Source: a virus
Taxonomy: Duplodnaviria; Caudoviricetes
Direction: 5' to 3' (one strand)
Virus record (IMG/VR): IMGVR_UViG_3300042559_001610
Coordinates: 1 to 59,156 of that record
Length of the DNA: 59,156 bases
The position numbers were made by a program, and so were the translations under genes. Below are positions 33,104 through 41,578 of this stretch, piece by piece (the first letter of the stretch is position 1; each line of letters begins with the position of its first letter). A model generated the notes under the pieces. The model saw only the letters and a program-made list of their open reading frames with translations. It did not search any database and was not told the origin of the DNA.

Positions 33104-33982
33104 TTAGAACTCAGTGCATTTTCTTTTGCTGTTGATATTGGATTTGTATTTTTTACCAGATCCAAATCCAAAGTTTCCATTTTTTCCTAGAGTATAATTA
33201 AAGCCAAAGGTAAAGAAAAAGAAATTGTCGTTGTTCTTATAATCACCTCTGATTGACCCGGGACTGCTAAATCCTGGAATGGTTGAAATGTTTCTGTCCG
33301 CTAATGCTGCAGATGTTGGGCCAAGTAAATTTGGATCCACGTAGAACGTGCTCACGTCATCGATATAGTCCGTTTGAGTTTTTCTACCATTAACCTCAAT
33401 TGTAAAGTAAGATCTCCTGCTAGTGACAAATTTACAACCAAATCCGAGAGGAAAACAAACTGAATATAGGGAATATGGAGATTTTCCAGGAAGAACATAC
33501 TGGCCTTCGGTTCCCCAGTCTCTTAGGGTATAAACCTGACCGTTCATTCTAGTTTTTGGGTTAAAATGGAAATATCCAACCCCACCAAGAACATAGAAGA
33601 TTTTCTTTTTGTTTGGTGTTCTGTAGATGTTGGCCTCAAGGGTTAAATCTGCTTCATAGATCTCACTAAAGAAATTTAGATTTCTTCCTCTTCTCTCTCT
33701 GTTGATGGTGTATTTGTCATCGCCATAAAGTCTTGCATACCAAAAATTTGTTCTCACAGAAAATGTTTTTCCAATTCCAAACCTAAGTCCAGCATCCAGT
33801 GCGTATCTAGTAGAACCAAAATCTAGGTCTTGAAGGTCGTTAGTTCCCAAAAAGGGTTTACCCCCAAGATCCCCAAGGAAATGACTGGTTGATATTCCTC
33901 CCATCAGATCCACCTTCTGGGATTTTAAATTTACAGGGAGCAAAACAAAAATCCCCAATACTAAGCTAAAGATAATTTTCAT
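33104..33982 (-). CDS. Outer-membrane beta-barrel protein (DUF6089/PorT-like, Bacteroidota type)
   Basis: Signal peptide, FLGDLGG, RNLNFFS, GTEGQ, TDYIDDVS, NDNFFF. Confidence 0.75.
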   Translation of the reverse strand: MKIIFSLVLGIFVLLPVNLKSQKVDLMGGISTSHFLGDLGGKPFLGTNDLQDLDFGSTRYALDAGLRFGIGKTFSVRTNFWYARLYGDDKYTINRERRGRNLNFFSEIYEADLTLEANIYRTPNKKKIFYVLGGVGYFHFNPKTRMNGQVYTLRDWGTEGQYVLPGKSPYSLYSVCFPLGFGCKFVTSRRSYFTIEVNGRKTQTDYIDDVSTFYVDPNLLGPTSAALADRNISTIPGFSSPGSIRGDYKNNDNFFFFTFGFNYTLGKNGNFGFGSGKKYKSNINSKRKCTEF

Positions 33983-34027
33983 ATAGCTTATGTATCGGGG
34001 ATTTTCTAAATTGTTTCAAACCCTATG

Positions 34028-34288
34028 TTATTCTTTCGTAAATTTATAACCATTCGAAGTGTAGTAAATCTTTCCTTCCTCTGCATAATTCTGAAGAAAA
34101 TCCTTGTACAGACCTTCAAAAATTAGTCTTTCATTTTGATAAACCCCAGAGGAGGTTACCGATTTTACTGAAAGGGTGTAGATGCTATCTGTTTGAGCAG
34201 AAGCATGAATCGGGATTAACGATAACAGGATAAATAGTATCCAGTTAAAAATTGACTTTTTTTGTTTCATGTTGGTGTTATAATTCAA
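34028..34288 (-). CDS. Small secreted hypothetical protein
   Basis: Signal peptide ending ASA. Confidence 0.55.
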   Translation of the reverse strand: MNYNTNMKQKKSIFNWILFILLSLIPIHASAQTDSIYTLSVKSVTSSGVYQNERLIFEGLYKDFLQNYAEEGKIYYTSNGYKFTKE

Positions 34289-34356
34289 TTTATATACCCA
34301 ACAGAGCCTATACTTTTAACCCCTTACTAGAAAAATAATTTTTATCCTTTCGTCAA

Positions 34357-35619
34357 TTATAAGAATTTGGAATTGGACATTTCGTGAGACTTTAAGATTG
34401 CCTGGTGAAGGGTTTCATTAAGCTCGTCTATCTTGTCCATGTCAATATTTCCGATTGATATTCTAAACCAACCCTTGTTGTCTTTAGATCCAAAGTATTC
34501 AAAAGGAACTATTCCAAGCCCACAAGTGTTGATCAGGAAAGCGAGATAATTCTCGGTGGAAGAAAAGCAATTGACATAGTCCAAATAGATCGAAATGTAA
34601 ATTCCCCCTTCTGGTCTCTGACAATCAACTCTAAATCCTGTTTCTTTCATTTCTTCTAATTTAGAACAGATTTTACCCACGATGTAACCATACTGACCTT
34701 TCTTGTCCTCGATATACCCAACCATGTCTTCGTATTCGTCTAGATATCTAGAAACTGCATTTTGTTCAGGTTTAGGTGCCCAAGCCCCGATGTGGGAGAA
34801 CAGCTCAGTCATTTTTCCGATAATGTCTTGAGGTCCAAAAACCCAGCCAACTCTAATTCCAGTTGCACAGAGGGATTTAGAAACCCCGTCCACACAGATC
34901 AAATATTCTCTAATCTCTGGACATAGTTTTGTTGGATGAACGAACGAAAATCCAACTGAAAGATCTGAGTAGATCTGATCAAAGAATAGGTAGCAAGGTC
35001 TGGAATTGGTTTCTTTTCTCTTCTTGTTTTCTTCCACTATAGCTTCGCAGATTCCTTTTAAGACCTCTTTATCAATTACCCTTCCCGTTGGGTTTTGAGG
35101 TGAGCACAGACAAACTAATCTTGCTTCAGCGTGGAGCCTTGATTTCACATCCTCCACAGTTGGGAAAAAAGAATTTTCTGGTGTGCACTCAATCGGAACT
35201 TTCTTGGCGTGATGTAAAAAAGAGTAGTGATTATTGTTCCAAGAAGGAACAGGATATAAAACAGATTCTCCTTCGTCTACGATAGACTTGAAGATTGTGT
35301 AGATTAAAGGACGAACCCCTCCACCGATGAGAATTTCATTCTCTGAATATTTAATTCCTTGGCGGTTGCTAAGGTAAGTCGAAACTGATTTTCTAAGGTT
35401 TAATTCCCCTGCTGATAGAGGGTAGTTGGTTAGATCCTCTTGGTAGCACTTGATAATTTCGTCTCTCAGAGGTGTTGGGATTGGATTTATCTTGGAATCA
35501 AAATCACCAATGGTTAAATTTTGAACCGACCTTGTCTTTGAAATTTCTTTGATTTGCTGGGAGATTTTAATGATTTCGGATCCCACGATTCCGTTTCCTA
35601 TAATTGATAATTTGTCCAT
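34357..35619 (-). CDS. PLP-dependent aminotransferase class I/II (aspartate aminotransferase-like)
   Basis: SPQNPTG, DQIY, SKSLCATGIRVGW, WFRIS. Confidence 0.9.
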   Translation of the reverse strand: MDKLSIIGNGIVGSEIIKISQQIKEISKTRSVQNLTIGDFDSKINPIPTPLRDEIIKCYQEDLTNYPLSAGELNLRKSVSTYLSNRQGIKYSENEILIGGGVRPLIYTIFKSIVDEGESVLYPVPSWNNNHYSFLHHAKKVPIECTPENSFFPTVEDVKSRLHAEARLVCLCSPQNPTGRVIDKEVLKGICEAIVEENKKRKETNSRPCYLFFDQIYSDLSVGFSFVHPTKLCPEIREYLICVDGVSKSLCATGIRVGWVFGPQDIIGKMTELFSHIGAWAPKPEQNAVSRYLDEYEDMVGYIEDKKGQYGYIVGKICSKLEEMKETGFRVDCQRPEGGIYISIYLDYVNCFSSTENYLAFLINTCGLGIVPFEYFGSKDNKGWFRISIGNIDMDKIDELNETLHQAILKSHEMSNSKFL

Positions 35620-35924
35620 TCTTGATTTATATACCCTGTCGGTATTTTAGACAAAACCTGAATTTCTGTTTCAAATAAAAACACCCTAATTTATTCAACT
35701 TACAGGTGTTATGGCTGTCCTCTTGTAACCTACCACTATGAGCACGAGCTACAGGAGTTAGAACTAAACTTACTGAGATACGTTGGTTTCTTCATCTCAT
35801 TTGATATTTCCCACAGATAGTCAATCTGAGTATACCGGCCCGTAATACTAGGAGACTCATATAGGCATCACCCTATTTCTCATCGTTCAGAGTTGAACTA
35901 TCCGCTGTCATGTTTCGGAACGTG

Positions 35925-36055
35925 TAGTCAGGACAGGACTCGAACCTGCAAGCCCTTATTTATTATAGTGATTCTATAAGGCCTCTCTCACTCGGGGAGT
36001 GCGTTTACCACGATACGTTCGCTCACCACTACTAATATCTTTCCGCCACCTGACT
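35925..36055 (-). ncRNA. AGTCAGG-family tRNA-like RNA (D-loop insertion)
   Basis: Acceptor AGTCAGG/CCTGACT-A, T arm GCAGG TTCGAGT CCTGT, non-canonical interior. Confidence 0.7.
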
Positions 36056-36135
36056 ATGTTGCTCGTCTTTCCGAGCTGTCAGCTATTTAGTGTACGTTTT
36101 TGAGGTCGTTTAGCATAGCTGCCGTTCTTTCCTCG

Positions 36136-36249
36136 TAGTCAGGACAGGATTCGAACCTGCACGTAGTGCTAATCTCTACACAATCTCCACCTTAGCTGGG
36201 ACCGATCTCGTAAGTACCTCTTGTGCGTCTACCATTCCGCCACCTGACT
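36136..36249 (-). ncRNA. AGTCAGG-family tRNA-like RNA (expanded anticodon domain)
   Basis: Leu-type D arm GCGGAATGGTAGACGC, intact T arm, no 7-nt anticodon loop. Confidence 0.7.
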
Positions 36250-36323
36250 ATGTTGCTGTCTTTCCAGCAGTCAACCACCTTATCTCATATTGGAGTAATC
36301 ACCTCAAGTTAAGCAGGATTTTG

Positions 36324-36414
36324 TAGTCAGGACAGGACTCGAACCTGTCATCCGTTCTATCACCGTTTCTAGAGGGATTCGAACCCCGATAGATAGGACT
36401 GCCATCACCTGACT
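36324..36414 (-). ncRNA. AGTCAGG-family tRNA-like RNA with two TTCGA loops
   Basis: GGGG TTCGAAT CCCT plus ACAGG TTCGAGT CCTGT. Confidence 0.65.
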
Positions 36415-36593
36415 ATATTTTAATATCCGTAATCTTGTTCTCCACACATGCAATAATCAGCATAAGTAGATTGATAGATTTTACTACCGCAACTGGGGCA
36501 AATCCCACAGTATTGGTCTGACCTTTCATTCCATTCTTCTAATGGAGATTTATATTCCTCTTCGTCGTAGTCTTCGTCTTCCATTTTATTATT

Positions 36594-36748
36594 TTAATCT
36601 TCTAGATCAAATTTATTATTGTCTCTACGTTGAGAAGAAGTAAAATAAGTTAGCCCTTTAATTCCTTTGCCAACCCACTTCATAAAGTATGCACCTCTAC
36701 CCCAATGTAGTCTTTTATCAGATTTTCTTTTTTTGTTCTCAGATGCCA
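36594..36748 (-). CDS. Small basic hypothetical protein (start MASENKK)
   Basis: The upstream in-frame extension in the track overlaps a tRNA-like gene. Confidence 0.45.
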
Positions 36749-36765
36749 TAATTTTATTTCTTTTG

Positions 36766-36912
36766 TAACCGGGCCAGGATTCGAACCTGGTTGAACTCAC
36801 TCTAGAGCTTATTTACTACATATCTTTCGATCTGCAGCTGAGTTCTCATCTCCTCGAGGACGTCTCCCCTTACAGACTGACTCTGTAGCGTATACCCTTC
36901 CGCCTCCCGGTT
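36766..36912 (-). ncRNA. tRNA-like RNA with very large variable region
   Basis: AACCGGG/CCCGGTT-A acceptor, D arm, CCAGG TTCGAAT CCTGG. Confidence 0.65.
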
Positions 36913-37114
36913 ATGCTTTCTTTCTCACAGTTAAAAGATGATATTGGTGACAATGAGTGCATTTGTAAGCAACCAATTTAGTTCCCAATTTCGGATCTTT
37001 TTCGTTAACTATTTTAGCTGCACTTATTGCTGCCTTGTCATCCGGATAAGCTTTTTTAGCAAGCCCATTTCTAGAAATACAAGTCCATTTTCCTTTATCA
37101 GTACATTTAACCAT
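36911..37114 (-). CDS. Small zinc-ribbon-like protein
   Basis: AYKCTHCHQYHL. Confidence 0.6.
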   Translation of the reverse strand: MVKCTDKGKWTCISRNGLAKKAYPDDKAAISAAKIVNEKDPKLGTKLVAYKCTHCHQYHLLTVRKKA

Positions 37115-37139
37115 TTTATTTATCTAAATATACGGTTAG

Positions 37140-37224
37140 TAGTCAGGGAAGGAATCGAACCTCCAACGCAAAACCCGTCTTAACGTGGGTGAACTGCCAT
37201 TTCTCCATTATATGCCACCTGACT
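37140..37224 (-). ncRNA. AGTCAGG-family tRNA-like RNA
   Basis: Acceptor and T arm conserved. Confidence 0.65.
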
Positions 37225-37371
37225 AAATTTAAGAACAAGGCATATCGGTCGTTCCCTCTATATTGACTAACCCCTGCCATATTCTTTGCCCCGCTAAAGG
37301 CATACCTTTTGAGATGTTGGTCTGAGATTGAATTGGCTATTACGTAATTTACCTCATCAATTTATTCTTAG

Positions 37372-37476
37372 TAGTCAGGGCAGGAATCGAACCTGCGAGT
37401 GCTTTGCCATAAAGAGTGCCATTAGCTGTTAATCTCAACCTTGGGAGGTGCCACGTTACCACTACGCCACCTGACT
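37372..37476 (-). ncRNA. AGTCAGG-family tRNA-like RNA
   Basis: Acceptor, D arm and T arm conserved; aberrant anticodon domain. Confidence 0.65.
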
Positions 37477-37622
37477 ATATTTGACCACTGGTGGGATTTG
37501 AACCCCGAAGACCTTACGTATCGGTCACCCTCCTGTTCGTCCGTTCCAAACGTAACTTACATCAGTGATTTTTAATCAATAGGGGGACTACGAATCCCTA
37601 GAACAGGTACTCCTATTGAAGT

Positions 37623-37702
37623 TGGTAGTCAGTGCAGGATTCGAACCTACTTGTAGGATTTTCCGCCCTACTTTTCCAGGTGTCTTGTACTTCGACCTGA
37701 CT
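37623..37702 (-). ncRNA. AGTCAGG-family tRNA-like RNA with encoded CCA
   Basis: AGTCAGG...GTAGG TTCGAAT CCTGC ACTGACT A CCA. Confidence 0.6.
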
Positions 37703-37904
37703 ATATTTAAAAAATCCGAGGGGGCCTCACCGTCCCTCTATGTGGCTGAGTTAAACTCTTCTCTCAAGAGGAGATACCATCATGTGCCGGCCTATTACTT
37801 GTTTACACTACCGGATTCTTTTTGTCTTTTACTATTTCAAATAACTTTTTGTTTCGATTAAATATACGGTCGATACCGAGATTTAATTCTGATCTGGACC
37901 ACAT

Positions 37905-38550
37905 TTATTGTAATTCCATTTCTTTTAATTCATAGACTACAATTTCGCAATCAATTTCTCCAAAATCTTTGTTTGTTGGATTTGGAGGTGTTTTCCATCC
38001 CTTATGGGTGTCAAACAATTGATTACCCATTTCCGGTGTTATCCTTTCTAAAACCCCCTTTTCTTTCCAAACTTTAATACCCGCTATTTCAAGTTTTATT
38101 CTAAGGAATTTACCAGTAGGAATATGTCTTATTTTATACAATTTACTCATATTGATGACTGTTGTCTTTAATGTATTCAAATGCTGCTGAATAAGCTTCT
38201 TGTGGTGAATTAAATTCCCCTCCAAATCCGCCATATTTATGCCCTTTTAATTGTAATAATCTGATGTTAAATTTCCAATAAGTGGATCCTTCTTCTCTGT
38301 CCACACAAACCCAAATTCCATGGTTAACTCTTAACCATTCAACTACTTGCCATTGTTCAGGTACAGGAATCCATTTATCATCTGGAAATACTTCTTCTGA
38401 AAAATCACTTTCATGACATCTTCCTTGTATATCTTTATCATAATAATCGTAATAACTTGCAAAGGCCTGAAATATTTTATGATAGTTAAATCCTTTTTCT
38501 TTAAGCCATTTAGCTTGTTCAAAGGTTACATACTTTGGTTTTATTTCCAT
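37905..38550 (-). CDS. Two hypothetical phage proteins (about 37905-38150; 38143-38550)
   Basis: ORF track; VTFEQAKWLKEKGF phage-type motif. Confidence 0.6.
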
Positions 38551-38588
38551 ATATTAGAATATACGGTCGGGGATTAGGATCCCCAGCA

Positions 38589-38662
38589 GGGTGAATACTG
38601 GGAATCGAACCCAGATTACTGGCACCACAAACCAGTGTCTTGACCGTTAGACGATACTCACC
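38589..38662 (-). tRNA. tRNA-His(GTG) with G-1
   Basis: Cloverleaf, loop TTGTGGT, C73. Confidence 0.9.
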
Positions 38663-38676
38663 ATATTTATTTTTTG

Positions 38677-38747
38677 AACCCCCGGCAGGACTCGAACCCG
38701 CATCAGACGATCCGTATTCGCCCATTCTTCCGTTGAACTACAGGGGC
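38677..38747 (-). tRNA. tRNA-Arg(ACG)
   Basis: Cloverleaf, loop ATACGGA. Confidence 0.85.
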
Positions 38748-38754
38748 AGTTCGA

Positions 38755-38967
38755 TTAGACTATCCATCTAATCAAAAGCTTTGCTGGCATATGAAGCAGA
38801 AAGTCCGAATCTCCCATATCAGAAACTGGGATCTCGAATCTAACCTCATGCTCGTAGTCATCCACATCTACTACAACAGCGTAGTAAGCAGTTCCCTTTC
38901 GGATCATCTGGAAGTTTGCTTCCGGATTCTGTTTATACAGAGCTTTCTTTATTTCATTTTTTTCCAT
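38755..38967 (-). CDS. Hypothetical protein (start MEKNEIKK)
   Basis: The track's upstream extension overlaps tRNA-Trp. Confidence 0.6.
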   Translation of the reverse strand: MEKNEIKKALYKQNPEANFQMIRKGTAYYAVVVDVDDYEHEVRFEIPVSDMGDSDFLLHMPAKLLIRWIV

Positions 38968-38984
38968 AGTTTCTTCTTTAGCAG

Positions 38985-39055
38985 CACGAGCGGAGGGACT
39001 CGAACCCCCATCAACGGTTTTGGAGACCGGTATGCTACCATTGCACCACACTCGT
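38985..39055 (-). tRNA. tRNA-Trp(CCA)
   Basis: Loop CTCCAAA, G73. Confidence 0.9.
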
Positions 39056-39064
39056 GTATATTTG

Positions 39065-39140
39065 AGGTCAAACTCAGAATCGAACTGAGATTAAGTAGAT
39101 TTTGCAGACCTACCCCTATACCAGTATTGGGTATTTGACC
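39065..39140 (-). tRNA. tRNA-Cys(GCA)
   Basis: Loop CTGCAAA, U73. Confidence 0.85.
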
Positions 39141-39152
39141 ATAGCAGTGGAT

Positions 39153-39374
39153 TTACTTCCACTGTGTTTTTCTGTTGTGTTTCCAGGTCCTGTACATTCT
39201 CATCTTGTAAGACTCGAGTCTTTTTCCTGGATTCTTAAATCCTCTTCTCCAAGAGGGATATAGGTTTAACCCATCGTCCCAATAAGGAGGGTAATTTTCT
39301 TCTAGCCAAAGAATTCTATATTCTCTGGAAGTTTTTGCTTCATCTAAGAAGCTGCGTTTTCTGTTTTTTGACAT
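39153..39374 (-). CDS. Small basic hypothetical protein
   Basis: Ends RTWKHNRKTQWK. Confidence 0.6.
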   Translation of the reverse strand: MSKNRKRSFLDEAKTSREYRILWLEENYPPYWDDGLNLYPSWRRGFKNPGKRLESYKMRMYRTWKHNRKTQWK

Positions 39375-39431
39375 GATCTATTAGAGTTACCTAATAGAAG
39401 TCCATTTCTTTTTTCATATTTGAATATACGG

Positions 39432-39520
39432 TGGCGGAGAGCTGAGGTGTCGATCCCCATACATTTTTCAGTACCCACAGTTTTCAAGACTGCGACTCAG
39501 GCCGCTGAGTTTAACTCTCC
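39432..39520 (-). tRNA. tRNA-Ser(TGA)
   Basis: Loop CTTGAAA, long variable arm, GCCA end. Confidence 0.85.
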
Positions 39521-39528
39521 ATTTTTTG

Positions 39529-39600
39529 CAGACCAGGTAGGTTTCGAACCCACAGCCTCAGGGATTGGAATCCTGCGCTCTACCGTTGAGCTACTGGCCT
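39529..39600 (-). tRNA. tRNA-Trp(CCA), second copy
   Basis: Loop TTCCAAT, G73. Confidence 0.85.
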
Positions 39601-39607
39601 ATTTTTG

Positions 39608-39690
39608 TGGGTAGGGAGGGACTCGAACCCCCAAGGCCCGAAGGCGGCAGAGTTACAGTCTGCTGAGCCAACCAATTGCTCAACCTACCC
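39608..39690 (-). tRNA. tRNA-Tyr(GTA)
   Basis: Loop CTGTAAC, long variable arm. Confidence 0.9.
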
Positions 39691-39742
39691 ATGGTGGCTA
39701 TCTAAACTCATATAGAGAACTTCGCCGATTAGTTTTTTTTAG

Positions 39743-39828
39743 TAGCTCCACCCGGACTCGAACCGGGATTCTACTTCTCGTCTCCACTTTGTAAGAGTGG
39801 GATGTTTATCCAGTTACACCATAGAGCT
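39743..39828 (-). tRNA. tRNA-Val(TAC), enlarged variable loop
   Basis: CCACT CTTACAA AGTGG. Confidence 0.8.
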
Positions 39829-39836
39829 ATTTTTTG

Positions 39837-39913
39837 TGACCCCGGTGGGAATCGAACCCACATTTACACGAGTTAAAAGCTCGTTCCTATGGCCAGTATA
39901 CGGGTACGAGGTC
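39837..39913 (-). tRNA. tRNA-Lys(TTT)
   Basis: ACGAG CTTTTAA CTCGT. Confidence 0.85.
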
Positions 39914-39919
39914 ATTTTG

Positions 39920-39991
39920 CGGACCCTCCCCGGATCGAACGGGGGCTACCAGGGCTTCACTCTGGCGCTCTACCATCTGAGCTAAGGGTCC
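39920..39991 (-). tRNA. tRNA-Phe(GAA), atypical loop
   Basis: Loop GTGAAGC. Confidence 0.75.
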
Positions 39992-40018
39992 ATTTTTTCT
40001 AGTATGTCAAATAACTTT

Positions 40019-40094
40019 TGGTTGTCTGGGAAAGACTCGAACTTTCAACTTTCTCCGTATCAGGGAGATGCTCTAACCATTGAACTACCAGACA
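40019..40094 (-). tRNA. tRNA-Ile(GAT)
   Basis: TCTCC CTGATAC GGAGA, CCA encoded. Confidence 0.9.
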
Positions 40095-40096
40095 AT

Positions 40097-41062
40097 TTAT
40101 TTTTTTCTATATTTACGAGAACAAGAATTATTACAAAAAGTGTTTATTCTTTTACATTTGGACCCACAATATTTACAAGTCCCTGAATATAAAGAATTAT
40201 TTTTATCCTCGTATAGCTTTATAAAGTCGTTTCCATATTTAGTTTTAACATATTCTAATATAGGTTTCATTTCCCTTTTATAAAAAACTATAACGTCAGG
40301 GTTTTCTTTATGTTTTTGTTCCCATTCTTTTGTTTTAAATCCTTTTATTTCTACAATCCCCTCCTGGGTTACAAAGTCTGGCAAATATTTTCTAGTTTTC
40401 CCTTCCAATGTATATTCTCTCCATTCGGTGTTTCTTTCTATTTTTTCCCCCATATCTTTTTTATAAATAACAAAAGCTAACTCCCAACTACTGTCACAGA
40501 ATATCCCTTTATACCATCCTTTCTCCCCTCTTCCAGACCCTTCTCTTTTTCCGCCAGATACTTTTTTAAAGCATTCCCCGTGATATTTTCTATCTGGATA
40601 TGTACTAATTATATTTTCATTACAATGTAAACATTTTGCTTCATATCTTTGGGCTCTAAGAGGTTTTTTTGCATTTTTTGCTGCTTCTATAACCTTTGGA
40701 TTTCCTTTTAAACCTTTTGATATATTTTCTCTCCTTTTTTCCAGATTAGCATTAGCTGCATATTTATTAGCACAATTTCTTCCGCAAAAGTATTTTTCTT
40801 TCTTCGGGGATTTCCTGTTATATTCTAAAACACTAAATCCAATCTTACAGGTAAAACAATTAACATCAAACTCTTTATATTTTAATTTATTTTCTTTTTT
40901 TACTTTTTCTATCCCTTCTCGAGCTTTTTCGCTTTTTGATAGAGAATTTCTTATTTTATCCCTATGCTCTTGCGTTATTTTTCTTCCTTTTTGAGAACAA
41001 CTTCTAGAGCAATGCATTCCATTTTTTTCATGGGGATTTCCACATTTTTTACAGTTTTTCAT
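40097..41062 (-). CDS. Putative homing endonuclease (Zn fingers, NUMOD-like, PD-(D/E)XK) inside the tRNA array
   Basis: CSRSC motifs, DSSWEL, YLPDF....VEIKG. Confidence 0.75.
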   Translation of the reverse strand: MKNCKKCGNPHEKNGMHCSRSCSQKGRKITQEHRDKIRNSLSKSEKAREGIEKVKKENKLKYKEFDVNCFTCKIGFSVLEYNRKSPKKEKYFCGRNCANKYAANANLEKRRENISKGLKGNPKVIEAAKNAKKPLRAQRYEAKCLHCNENIISTYPDRKYHGECFKKVSGGKREGSGRGEKGWYKGIFCDSSWELAFVIYKKDMGEKIERNTEWREYTLEGKTRKYLPDFVTQEGIVEIKGFKTKEWEQKHKENPDVIVFYKREMKPILEYVKTKYGNDFIKLYEDKNNSLYSGTCKYCGSKCKRINTFCNNSCSRKYRKK

Positions 41063-41102
41063 ACTCTATATATCTTTCGAACCCTAATTTTTTTAATGAT
41101 TG

Positions 41103-41176
41103 TATTACCGCACAGAATCGAACTGAAATTTCCGCAGTGAAGTTGCAGTGTCCTAAACCATTTAGACGACGGTAAC
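41103..41176 (-). tRNA. tRNA-Glu(TTC), atypical loop
   Basis: CTGCA ACTTCAC TGCGG; Glu-type D arm GTCTAAATGGTTTAGGAC. Confidence 0.75.
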
Positions 41177-41227
41177 ATTTTTTTCTAATATTTCAAATAA
41201 CTATTTTTTTTATTTTTAGGGACAAAC

Positions 41228-41256
41228 AAAAAAGGAACCTTTTGAGGGGTTCCTTT
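41228..41256 (-). terminator. Attenuator terminator of tRNA operon 1
   Basis: AAAGGAACC-CCTCAAAA-GGTTCCTTT-TTT. Confidence 0.85.
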
Positions 41257-41281
41257 AAAATATCTGTATAAAAATTTCTTC

Positions 41282-41410
41282 TTATTCAAAAATCTTATGA
41301 AACCCATTTAGACGCTTAAAGCAAATCCAATAGACGATCACCTCAACTTCATGTACGAAGCTTGAGAACGATTTCTCTGATTTCTTTAATATGTTAATTA
41401 AGTTTCTCAT
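41282..41410 (-). CDS. Leader peptide (42 aa) of tRNA operon 1
   Basis: MRNLINILKKSEKSFSSFVHEVEVIVYWICFKRLNGFHKIFE*; GATATATA motif at 41425-41432; terminator just downstream. Confidence 0.8.
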   Translation of the reverse strand: MRNLINILKKSEKSFSSFVHEVEVIVYWICFKRLNGFHKIFE

Positions 41411-41578
41411 TTCTTTGATTGGTTTATATATCTTATTAGTTGTGTAAATATACGGTAGTTATACTGTTTTTTGGTAAAAAATTTCAAATATTTTCAATTA
41501 TTTTCAAACTTTTTTGATTTTTTTATTTGTTTTATTGAATATACGGTGATTATACACAAGATTTAGAAAAAGTTTCAA

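Noticed and set aside
38985-39600. Stop-codon recoding or suppressor tRNAs
   Set aside because: Both Trp tRNAs have CCA, no clear CTA/TTA/TCA tRNA was found, and genes are intact under code 11 using all three stops.
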